DNA of 64,000 nucleotides from an uncultured virus (IMG/VR IMGVR_UViG_3300007539_000015) (Duplodnaviria > Heunggongvirae > Uroviricota > Caudoviricetes), in IMG/VR virus record IMGVR_UViG_3300007539_000015; one strand, 5' to 3'. The position numbers and the translations under genes were made by a program. The notes beneath the pieces were generated by a model. That model made no database searches. It had not been told where the DNA came from and saw only the letters and a program-made list of their open reading frames with translations. Each line of letters begins with the position of its first letter. The first letter of the stretch is position 1. Below, piece by piece: positions 19,645 through 28,557 of this stretch.

Positions 19645-20573
19645 TATCGTCCTTTACGTGGTATCCTTGAAGGATTCATATACACAGTTTTAAAAAATAA
19701 ACTTTGATTTCCATTTAGTGGTTCAGCAGCAATAGGCAAATCAAGTTCTTCAATTAGCTTGTAGCCAAGATCAATTGTATTTTCTTCCATTTGATCTTCA
19801 TCAATATTTTTGCTATCCCAATATTCATTTAACCATTTAAAATCACGCACATTTACAAAGTCCCAGTCGGTACACATTGTTTTATATAACCCTTCTCTAG
19901 CACCGTATATAGCCCAACGTCCGTTTTCTACATCCGCACCAACCATTAGCCAAATATACAAACGATGCAAGTTCTTCCAATGATTTTTTTGAAACGCTTC
20001 TACAGTAGGTTTCATGCCTCTGTCCAATGCCATTTTAACACCTTCACGGAAACCAGCACGCCATGCTTGATGTGGTGTAGCATTATTCATGATTTCACTA
20101 TGACATTGATTTATTTGTATGTATTCTAGGTCCCAACAAAAATCTACCTGGGCGTGTGGGTTGTTAGGATCTGCATTTTCATGCGTTTTCATGTTGAGAA
20201 CTTTTTGTTTAGGCCAACATTTAATTCCGCCGTTGCCATACATAAGTCCGTTAATTGTGTTTTTAGCACTCCAACTTACAACACAATTTTCAAATGCAAC
20301 TTCTCTGTTCCAGTGTGCATCTTCGTGATTATCTAAGTCAAACTCTCTGCCAAGGAAGTCTGCGTTTACAATGTTATCACCGTCAATAGTAATAAATCTA
20401 TCAGTTTCGCTTAGTTTAGCACATGCTTTGTGTGCTGCATCACTGCCTTCTACTCCATGCACACGCTTTGCCCACGGCACTTTACTACACAAGTCTGCAT
20501 AGTTTTTTTCTGCATTTGGCTCATCATAACTTAGATATATGATATCATAATCTAAAATTCTAAATTTACTCAT
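19644..20573 (-). CDS. Putative GT-A fold (GT2-like) glycosyltransferase
   Basis: IIYLSYDEPNA, AHKACA, FITIDGD (DxD), YGNGG, AWRAGFREG. Confidence 0.6.
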   Translation of the reverse strand: MSKFRILDYDIIYLSYDEPNAEKNYADLCSKVPWAKRVHGVEGSDAAHKACAKLSETDRFITIDGDNIVNADFLGREFDLDNHEDAHWNREVAFENCVVSWSAKNTINGLMYGNGGIKCWPKQKVLNMKTHENADPNNPHAQVDFCWDLEYIQINQCHSEIMNNATPHQAWRAGFREGVKMALDRGMKPTVEAFQKNHWKNLHRLYIWLMVGADVENGRWAIYGAREGLYKTMCTDWDFVNVRDFKWLNEYWDSKNIDEDQMEENTIDLGYKLIEELDLPIAAEPLNGNQSLFFKTVYMNPSRIPRKGR

Positions 20574-21142
20574 TTTGCAACCTCATACGAATACTTCTCA
20601 AATCTTTTTATAGTATATACACTAACTGCCGAAGAGTCAAGTTCTAAATCGGAGGCAAAATTGATTTCTATTTTTCCATTTTTTAAATCATCTATTGCAC
20701 AATAAATGTATTGATATAGCACATGAGGATCGTGTGCTTTTGTAATACTAAATCCCATATCAGCTCTAAAGCTAAGTTTATTAGATAAAAGATTATCTTG
20801 TATTGCTTTGTCTAATTCTATAATCCACTTTTTTTCTTTTTTGTTATGAATAATAACAACGTCTGGTCTGTCTTGGATATTTACTGGAATTTGATATATC
20901 TGGTCATTAATATCAAACTGGTATTCATCTTCGATATATCTATGAGATAATTTATGTTGTTTAGTCACAGTATCAAACAACACAACATAATTACTTACAA
21001 CTTCTTTTCCAGTAACTAAATCATAAACGTCATCAATTTCAACAATAATATAATTACCTAACTCTTTATAATTGTTTTTGATACTGGTAATATTACCGTC
21101 GTCATCAAAATATACATAACGCTTTTTGTTTACTTCTAACAT
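20570..21142 (-). CDS. Hypothetical protein
   Basis: 190-aa ORF whose ends overlap both neighbours, consistent with translational coupling. Confidence 0.7.
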   Translation of the reverse strand: MLEVNKKRYVYFDDDGNITSIKNNYKELGNYIIVEIDDVYDLVTGKEVVSNYVVLFDTVTKQHKLSHRYIEDEYQFDINDQIYQIPVNIQDRPDVVIIHNKKEKKWIIELDKAIQDNLLSNKLSFRADMGFSITKAHDPHVLYQYIYCAIDDLKNGKIEINFASDLELDSSAVSVYTIKRFEKYSYEVAK

Positions 21143-21984
21143 TATATTCCTAATTTATTTTCATATGTGCTTATTATATGATCATTGCAGAAGTTGTCTT
21201 CGGTGTAATGAAATATGCCACTTTGTGTATAATTGCCTATTGCTAGTTTGCAATCATTATCAACATACACGCCTAATTGTTTTTGCCAACTGTCTACCCA
21301 TAATTTATCCCAATTTTGGTTATGTAATTTCATGTGTGTAAAAGTTGGATAACTGGTTTTTAAAGTAATTTGATCTTCGCATTGTAAAATTTTTGCTGCA
21401 ATTGCACTGCTTACATCTACACTAGGCCATTTTTGGAAATATTTTCCTCCAGCATATTGTCCATAAAACAATTCCCAATTGTGCATAATTGTTTCAACCC
21501 ATTTGAAAAATTCATGTGCTTGATCTGATTTTTTGAACCAATGAAACCCAGCATATAAATTAGGCAAATGATGATTTCTAAATGCTTTTCTATAGTATGT
21601 ATTATCTGCTACTTCGCCTCTATATGTCAATACACGATCGACATAATATACATTTTTTGTTTTTAATAAATCATACCAATGGGAAATGTCAGACAAAACC
21701 AACATGTCAGTATCAATTACTGCTGTTTCATCAAATGGTGTAGCATGATATATTTTCCAACGATTTTCAACTTTCCAAGTAGAATTTTCTGCTTCGTCTT
21801 TCCAAGGTATATCTACAATGTGATCATATAAAACTTTATATTTGTCGTCAACTACATCATTTGTTATAAGAGCAATTTTACATGTAGGATTGGTTAGTTT
21901 TAGACTCATTGCAGCAACATTTGCCTGTTGAACATAATTAACATCACTGTTCTGTGCAAATAAAGTAAAATTAAAGCTCATCAA
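21142..21984 (-). CDS. Putative GT-A fold glycosyltransferase (GT8-like)
   Basis: Y..QA...AMSLK, IALIT, TPFDETAVIDTD (DxD), C-terminal HY. Confidence 0.65.
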   Translation of the reverse strand: MMSFNFTLFAQNSDVNYVQQANVAAMSLKLTNPTCKIALITNDVVDDKYKVLYDHIVDIPWKDEAENSTWKVENRWKIYHATPFDETAVIDTDMLVLSDISHWYDLLKTKNVYYVDRVLTYRGEVADNTYYRKAFRNHHLPNLYAGFHWFKKSDQAHEFFKWVETIMHNWELFYGQYAGGKYFQKWPSVDVSSAIAAKILQCEDQITLKTSYPTFTHMKLHNQNWDKLWVDSWQKQLGVYVDNDCKLAIGNYTQSGIFHYTEDNFCNDHIISTYENKLGI

Positions 21985-22801
21985 TCAACCTATTCAAACT
22001 AAATTTATTCATAATATGAACATTGCAACCTTCAACTATTGCAGGAAAATAATCTATACTATCTTTTTTTTGCAATAAAAATTTTACTTTATCGTTTTTG
22101 ATATCTAAGCAAATATCTTTATCTACGGTATAATATTTCTTACCCGGTAATTGTTTTACAAAATTGCCTGACATATGGCCATTCATTATGTGTATTGCAA
22201 TGCTAAATGCAAAATCGTTCCTAAACGTATTTGCTGTGATTCTATATAAATTTTTGTAATGATACCAATATTCTTTAATGTGTGATACAAGATTAAAAAA
22301 TAATTCTGTTTGTTTACTTTTTCTAAAATATATTACTGTTGCCCAATAAAAATCAATGCCATTTGCAGATATATGTTTAAATTCCCTCACATCTCTCCAT
22401 CCTGATAATTCAGTAGAATTTTTATATAACATAATATCATTTGATTGTTCAAAACAATATTTCAAACAATCATTACACAAGATGTAATCAGTATCCATTA
22501 AAATAGTTTCATCATATGGAGATAGTTCATATGCCCGGTGTCTATCTAAATTTTTCCATTGTAATTTATACTCTTTATATACACCATCTCTGTATGTTTT
22601 ATAATTGTTATTCTCGCTTGATATTTCAATTACATTATCAAACTCATGCTTATAGTTTGCTTCTAAATACGAAGCATTATCTGTGACAAGAGATACTGGA
22701 ATATTTAAATACTGTTTAATTCTTGCAGCACAAAATATTGCTTGTTTTATGTAATCTACTTGTGTGTTATTACATGCAATTAATAGAGCACCCTTGCTCA
22801 T
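21971..22801 (-). CDS. Putative GT-A fold glycosyltransferase (GT8-like)
   Basis: DYIKQA, PVSLVTD, SPYDETILMDTD (DxD), RNDFAF, HIMNK; paralogue of 21142-21984. Confidence 0.65.
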   Translation of the reverse strand: MSKGALLIACNNTQVDYIKQAIFCAARIKQYLNIPVSLVTDNASYLEANYKHEFDNVIEISSENNNYKTYRDGVYKEYKLQWKNLDRHRAYELSPYDETILMDTDYILCNDCLKYCFEQSNDIMLYKNSTELSGWRDVREFKHISANGIDFYWATVIYFRKSKQTELFFNLVSHIKEYWYHYKNLYRITANTFRNDFAFSIAIHIMNGHMSGNFVKQLPGKKYYTVDKDICLDIKNDKVKFLLQKKDSIDYFPAIVEGCNVHIMNKFSLNRLIDEL

Positions 22802-23142
22802 GTGTCAAAAATACCTTCAACTGATCTATTTGTTTTTAGCTTATCATATTCTACATAGTATTTGTTGCTTGCTCTAAAATATGTGTCCGATACGCCTTGT
22901 ACAAACTCTTGTAAATTTACATTAATAGGAATATCATTGCTGTCAACAATAACTGTATCTTCTTGTCCTGCGGATATCATACTATAGCAAAACGTTATAA
23001 GTTCTTTTGTAGAAATAAATGTGCCTCCGCCATAGTAATATAGTAAATCTTCTTGATATTTTTCTTTCAAGATACGTTTTTGATTGTCAAGCGTAATCAT
23101 ATAATTACTAAAATCAAGAGCTTTTTTTAATCTGTCATCCAT
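22798..23142 (-). CDS. Hypothetical protein (first gene of the enzyme operon)
   Basis: 114-aa ORF with a GGAGG RBS, directly downstream of a consensus sigma70 promoter. Confidence 0.75.
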   Translation of the reverse strand: MDDRLKKALDFSNYMITLDNQKRILKEKYQEDLLYYYGGGTFISTKELITFCYSMISAGQEDTVIVDSNDIPINVNLQEFVQGVSDTYFRASNKYYVEYDKLKTNRSVEGIFDT

Positions 23143-23159
23143 GGTATACCTCCATTATT

Positions 23160-23188
23160 AGTATACATAGAAAAAGACGATTTGTCAA
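23160..23188 (-). promoter_or_regulatory. Sigma70-type promoter TTGACA-N17-TATACT
   Basis: On the minus strand: -35 TTGACA (23188-23183), 17-nt spacer, -10 TATACT (23165-23160), then RBS GGAGG before the ATG at 23142. Confidence 0.8.
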
Positions 23189-23191
23189 CTA

Positions 23192-24241
23192 TTACAACAA
23201 TCCAGAACCTGAATAATCGCCTAAATTGTTTTGAGTTGTTCCTGATGCATTTGTAACAATTCCACCTTTGGTAACTCCGGTTAGGTCGACTGCTACTTGA
23301 GTTACAGAATTATAGGTAAAACTACTGTCTGGACTGTAACTTGCACATGCACTGTCTAGTGTGCCATTTACTTCTTCATCAATTGGAGTTCCTGTTCCTG
23401 GACCAGCAAGATCTCCTGTTCCAGTGTCTCCATCAAAAAATCTTATACGAAATCTATAAGCACTGGTGCTTATCACTTTACCATAGATTGTATAGTTGTT
23501 ATCTGAATAAACACCACTTCCTGACTTTGAAAACATCTGTTGATAAGTGCCTGTTAAATTAGTAAGTCCTATACCGCTTGATGTTCCTGAGGTTGCGCTG
23601 ACATCGTATTTGTCAATGTAAACAGTGCCCATTGCAGATAAAAGAGCAGCCCAATCTAATGATTTTGCGCCTGTGCCGCTGCTTAAACTGGCTGTAAAAT
23701 GTAATCTACCGTTTGCATCTTGCCAAGCCAACTTTGCAGCCTCTGTTGCCCAATCAACATCAACAACATGATAGATATCATTATTACTAGCGGCTGCGCC
23801 CCAATTAGTTGTTCTTTGGGCAGTAGCAGTTGATTCTAAACTAAAACTACTAGAATCATAACTTAAATGACTTGCTGGATAATTTGATACTGCTACATTC
23901 AGAGCTTCAAAATCATTAAATCCCATTAATGTGCCATTTGATACTGCACTAAACGCACCTGTAGATTGATTGTAATCTTGAGACGTGTCAGCGCCAATTG
24001 TTTGTCCGACAGCAGGCACTGCTAAATTTGCTTCAACTGCACCAGTTTGGTGCACCCAACATGATTGTAAATCAAGATATAGTTCTTCTAATTGGTCTGC
24101 TTCGACTTGATCAACTGAAACTGCAACATCTGCCGAACGAGATGTTTGTGCCCACTTAGTAACATACAAATCATCAATAATGTTTCTTCGGCTATTATAG
24201 TCATCAGCGTTGACTCTATCTCCTACATTTACATTTGCCAT
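23192..24241 (-). CDS. Putative virion structural (tail-associated) protein
   Basis: Gly/Ser/Thr/Ala-rich, within the tail module, paralogous to 24242-25159. Confidence 0.6.
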   Translation of the reverse strand: MANVNVGDRVNADDYNSRRNIIDDLYVTKWAQTSRSADVAVSVDQVEADQLEELYLDLQSCWVHQTGAVEANLAVPAVGQTIGADTSQDYNQSTGAFSAVSNGTLMGFNDFEALNVAVSNYPASHLSYDSSSFSLESTATAQRTTNWGAAASNNDIYHVVDVDWATEAAKLAWQDANGRLHFTASLSSGTGAKSLDWAALLSAMGTVYIDKYDVSATSGTSSGIGLTNLTGTYQQMFSKSGSGVYSDNNYTIYGKVISTSAYRFRIRFFDGDTGTGDLAGPGTGTPIDEEVNGTLDSACASYSPDSSFTYNSVTQVAVDLTGVTKGGIVTNASGTTQNNLGDYSGSGLL

Positions 24242-25159
24242 TTATTCACCTAATGTTTGTGTATTTGCATACGCAGGACTATCTACTTCAACATAACTAC
24301 CTGTTGCACGTTGTTGCTCAACAATACTTCTAAATGTTCCACTTACTGCTTCATCAATTCCGTCTGTGCCGTCGCCTGGATCATTTGGATCACCATCTCT
24401 GTAAATAACTTTAAAACTTAACTGATTTCCTGCAGAATTAAGTTTGGCCTGATATGTGATATTATTGTTTTCATAAGTTCCTGCGCCTGGTTCATAATAC
24501 CATATATTAACATAATCTGCACCAGCTGTCAAGTCATATGCACCACGATTATAATCAGTTCCAGAGCTTGCTGTGGTATCAGTGTAAGCAAATTTTACAA
24601 CGCCTACGGTTGTAACCATGGCAACCCAACTGGTATATTTTGCTCCAGAACCACCACTTAATGCTGCTCTAGTTCTTACTTCGCCGCCACTGTTAAAAAA
24701 TGCTCGTAAATGGTTGTTGTTGTCAAAACTTACAGTCCATTCATGAATAATTGTAGAAACCGAAGGATGTCCCCATTGTGAAGTTCTTGTAACAGCAAGT
24801 TTAGATTCAGGTGCTGTCATTTGATTTATATTATAACTTAAAGCATTTTGCTCAATGTCAACTGATACAGTTTCGTATTCTACATATACAGCATCAGTAA
24901 TATCGTCTTGGCTTACTACATCGGTTAGTGTTGGAAAACTATTATTTTGGTGAACATAAGATTTTTGTAAATCAGTTTTTAAACTTTGCATATGAGCAGA
25001 GTTAACAACGGTTGGATTGTTATTTACGTTAGTAGGTAAGCTACTACTTGCAACTGATTGTCCATATCCAAATGTTCCGCTTCCTGTGCCTAAAACTTTT
25101 GCAGCTCGTGCTTGCATCTGATTGTATCGTGCAACAGAAATAATGTCGCCAACTGCCAT
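24242..25159 (-). CDS. Putative virion structural (tail-associated) protein
   Basis: MAVGD..S...YN start and FFNSGGEVR; G/S/T-rich; AGGAG RBS. Confidence 0.6.
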   Translation of the reverse strand: MAVGDIISVARYNQMQARAAKVLGTGSGTFGYGQSVASSSLPTNVNNNPTVVNSAHMQSLKTDLQKSYVHQNNSFPTLTDVVSQDDITDAVYVEYETVSVDIEQNALSYNINQMTAPESKLAVTRTSQWGHPSVSTIIHEWTVSFDNNNHLRAFFNSGGEVRTRAALSGGSGAKYTSWVAMVTTVGVVKFAYTDTTASSGTDYNRGAYDLTAGADYVNIWYYEPGAGTYENNNITYQAKLNSAGNQLSFKVIYRDGDPNDPGDGTDGIDEAVSGTFRSIVEQQRATGSYVEVDSPAYANTQTLGE

Positions 25160-25184
25160 TGCTTACTCCTAAAATATATGCTAG

Positions 25185-25192
25185 TATTTATA
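25185..25192 (-). promoter_or_regulatory. T4-type late promoter TATAAATA
   Basis: Exact TATAAATA on the minus strand, overlapping the upstream gene's stop codon, ~25 nt before the start at 25159. Confidence 0.65.
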
Positions 25193-26684
25193 CTTTTAGG
25201 ACACACTCAACTAACTTGACTGAGATATCTTCGTTGGATTCAAGTGCTACGCCTACTAATGCACTAGTAGCAACCGTTTTACATATTCCATTATCCCAGG
25301 CATAGACTGCTTGACCTTTCTTTACAGGACCTTCAACTTTAACCGGAACTCGTCCTTTTAGTGCAATGTATTGCCCATCTGCTTCGCTATTCATCATAAT
25401 CGCTGGATCAGTTGATACAACACCGATGCAAATATCACTAGCTTTAGCAGGTCCTACTTCACAGCAATCGTCGGCTATTACTGCTACTGCCGTTCCTGGT
25501 TCTAGTTCTGTATCACCAGTTGTGTATTTTTCTGCAAGGTCAGCATAACGAGCTTGAGTTGCTGTGCCTGTAAAAATATTTGCTGTGATATTTCCGCTTC
25601 CGTCTCTAGCAGCGATCGAGTTATTTGCGGCACTTGTTGATGCTGCACGGTAAACTCCTGACACTTCTAAAGTATTTGCTTGTGTAGCTGTTCCAACAAA
25701 ATTGTTTGAATAAATGTTGTTTAATGGACTTCCTGATAAACCAATTGATAATCCGGTTAGTGCTGGATAAATTGCTAGATTGGTAATATGCCAGACAGTC
25801 GTATCATCAGATTTAGCAATAAGTAATTCATCTCTATGTAACTGCAATCTTGGTGTTTCTAAATCTGCGCCAATTTTTACAGTCAAATCAGTATCATTAC
25901 CAACGGTAAAACCATTGTCGCCAAAGTTTACGGTGCTAGAAGTAAAATCAATAGTTGGTCCTGATTGAAGGAAATCGCTTGGGCTATATACTGCTGAACC
26001 GTCTGTTAATTTAAAGGCTGTTTGTGCCGATCCATAATAAAGATTTACATTACCTCTACTATCTGTAGTAGATACACCATTTGATCCAACGCCTCTTAGG
26101 TTATAACCAGCTTTTAATGTTGCAAAATCGCTTGCTACCCAATTCGTTACATCTGGTTGACTTAATGCAGGCACAAAATCTACTTCGCTAATTATAGCAA
26201 CAATATAATCTTCAACATATGCAGCAGTAACATTATGATCGACTGCTCCAGTATCAGCTAATATAATGTTTTTCATTTCTGTAGTGCTGCCAGCTGTTGC
26301 TTGCGGGCCAATTAAGTTCCATTCATTGTTAGAATTTTTTCCGTATAACTGGTTAGTTGTGCTGTTCCACCACAAATCGCCTTCGGCTAAACCTGTTGGC
26401 TGTGTAGCACTTACTTCGGCACCTGCAACTGATTTATACGCTGTGCCATCATATACTCTAATTTTTTCACTAGTTGCATCATACCAAATTTGACCTGTGA
26501 TAGATTTTGTTGGAGCAACAGTTCCTTGGAAATTTTCTAATAAAAACACAAAGTTTTCATTTTGTTGTTCTCCATATCCAGCAAAGTTTTTTCCAATAAG
26601 TTTTAGTTCGGTTGTTGTATCAACTGTGCCGTCTTCAACTGTAACTAATTGTGATCCGTTAAAACTATTAATTATATAAGCCAT
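25188..26684 (-). CDS. Tail fibre protein with C-terminal intramolecular chaperone-like (peptidase G2-like) domain
   Basis: Shared fibre N-terminus (GKNFAGYGE..NENF..LLENF...GQIWYD); C-terminal YADLAEKY...IGVVSTDPA...IALKGRVPVKV.GPVKKG. Confidence 0.72.
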   Translation of the reverse strand: MAYIINSFNGSQLVTVEDGTVDTTTELKLIGKNFAGYGEQQNENFVFLLENFQGTVAPTKSITGQIWYDATSEKIRVYDGTAYKSVAGAEVSATQPTGLAEGDLWWNSTTNQLYGKNSNNEWNLIGPQATAGSTTEMKNIILADTGAVDHNVTAAYVEDYIVAIISEVDFVPALSQPDVTNWVASDFATLKAGYNLRGVGSNGVSTTDSRGNVNLYYGSAQTAFKLTDGSAVYSPSDFLQSGPTIDFTSSTVNFGDNGFTVGNDTDLTVKIGADLETPRLQLHRDELLIAKSDDTTVWHITNLAIYPALTGLSIGLSGSPLNNIYSNNFVGTATQANTLEVSGVYRAASTSAANNSIAARDGSGNITANIFTGTATQARYADLAEKYTTGDTELEPGTAVAVIADDCCEVGPAKASDICIGVVSTDPAIMMNSEADGQYIALKGRVPVKVEGPVKKGQAVYAWDNGICKTVATSALVGVALESNEDISVKLVECVLKV

Positions 26685-26718
26685 TTAATCTACCCTATGA
26701 TGCGTTAGTAGTATTTAC

Positions 26719-28557
26719 CTAAACACTGCTGACCAAGTCTTCTTGCCAAACCCATGCTCCTGCTACTACTTCAAATCTTTTCAATGTTCTTGTTACCGTT
26801 AATGTAACATTATCTGTAATATTACCAAAACTAAAATCAGCAACAACAGATTGGTTTTGAACACCGGCACTGTCAACAGCAACAAAACTTTTTGACACAC
26901 CATCTGTTCCATTATATGTGTATGTTCCTGCATAAGATGTGCAATGAACTCGTGCGCTTACTCCATTATTTTTTTGTGCTGACGGTGATATATCGTTTAA
27001 CAAATCTGCTAATTGAGAATTTGTTAAACCAGTTGAATCAACACTTACCGCTACATCAAGTGTTTTTGATACATCATCTACATACTGTTTATTAGCTACA
27101 TCATTAGCTGTTGCTGGAGTTGCAACATTTCTAATTTTTGTTGTTCCAATCATGATAATATCGCCATTGATATTAGCATTTAAATCATTATTAACCGTTA
27201 AAGTGTTTCCATTCAAACTTATATCGTCAACATTTAATGCAGTAAGTGTTCCAATACTTGTAAGTCCGTTAGCTGTTGTTACACTACTATGAAGTTCGTT
27301 TATAGTTAGAACATTTGTTCCGTTAATTCTATATCCATACCCATCAGCAACATCAATATTAACATTTGATCTCCAAGCATTTGTCGCATTTTTCCAAACC
27401 CATTCTTTGTCAATACCGGTTGATTTTAAAACAACACCGCCGTCGTCAACTGTTGCATCATCTCCTAAACTACTATCTTCAGTTATACCAAGTTCTATTT
27501 GTTTATCTTCTACACGTAGTGTTGCTACTTCTAATGCAGTTTGTGTGCCTTCTACAACCATATTACCTGTGACTCGTAAATCACCGGTAATATCAAGTGT
27601 ATAAGAAGGTGTTGCATCAAAAATTCCAACTCTATTATTTGAAGCGTCAATTGTAATTGCATCCACTGCTAAACCACTGTTTGTGACTTGAACTTTAATA
27701 TTTGCATCTTCTCTTAAAGCACCTAATATAATATCTCTATCTGCTGAAGTTGTGTCTGTGCTAATACTAAATCTACTTACATCACCTACTAATACACCTC
27801 TATCATTGTTTACATGTAAATGTTGGTTTGTAGTTTGATAAGATGCAATTGGTAGAGCAGGCGATACTTGTAAAAAACTACTTGGTGCAAAAACGTTACT
27901 TCCAGATATTAAATTTTCAGAATTTGTTGCCGTGCCATTCCATTTAAAATTGCTATATGTAGGATTTATATTCACGCCTTGTTTAAATACGAATGGAGAT
28001 GTGAAACCTGTAAGTAATGCTACATTAGAATCAATAGTAGCTGCTGTGAGATCTTCTGCACAAACAATAGCCACAGTTTTATTTCCAACACTCCATCTTC
28101 CAACAGTTTTTGTAACACCAAAACTATCAATCAAACTAATTGCATCATATTCAGTTTTTGTTTGGCTTCTTGTGTAACTAGGACCAACTAGATAGTCAGC
28201 TGCTCCGTCACTAAAATAAAGTTGCTTATTGACAGCATCAATCCACAAATCACCAGCCACCAAGGTTGGTTTGATCGCACTGTAAGTTGTTGTATCAGTT
28301 CCTCTAAACTGTTCGCCATCCCAAACTTTTAGTCTACCTTCGCTTGTATCATACCATAGCTGTCCTCTTAATGGATTTGCAGGAGCACTAGTTGCAGCAA
28401 AATTTTCAATAATTTTTACGAAATTTTCGTTAAATGCTTCGCCATACCCTGTATAATTTCTTCCCACAAGGGTCACATCAGTTGATGTAGAATCTATGGC
28501 ACCATCAATCAAATCTACTAGTAGAGTTCCGTCGGTTTTGTTAATTTTATAGCTCAT
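26719..28557 (-). CDS. Tail fibre protein
   Basis: Same N-terminal module (GRNYTGYGEAFNENF...GQLWYD), plus RVGI....PSYTLDITG and DVANKQYVD fibre-type motifs. Confidence 0.72.
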   Translation of the reverse strand: MSYKINKTDGTLLVDLIDGAIDSTSTDVTLVGRNYTGYGEAFNENFVKIIENFAATSAPANPLRGQLWYDTSEGRLKVWDGEQFRGTDTTTYSAIKPTLVAGDLWIDAVNKQLYFSDGAADYLVGPSYTRSQTKTEYDAISLIDSFGVTKTVGRWSVGNKTVAIVCAEDLTAATIDSNVALLTGFTSPFVFKQGVNINPTYSNFKWNGTATNSENLISGSNVFAPSSFLQVSPALPIASYQTTNQHLHVNNDRGVLVGDVSRFSISTDTTSADRDIILGALREDANIKVQVTNSGLAVDAITIDASNNRVGIFDATPSYTLDITGDLRVTGNMVVEGTQTALEVATLRVEDKQIELGITEDSSLGDDATVDDGGVVLKSTGIDKEWVWKNATNAWRSNVNIDVADGYGYRINGTNVLTINELHSSVTTANGLTSIGTLTALNVDDISLNGNTLTVNNDLNANINGDIIMIGTTKIRNVATPATANDVANKQYVDDVSKTLDVAVSVDSTGLTNSQLADLLNDISPSAQKNNGVSARVHCTSYAGTYTYNGTDGVSKSFVAVDSAGVQNQSVVADFSFGNITDNVTLTVTRTLKRFEVVAGAWVWQEDLVSSV

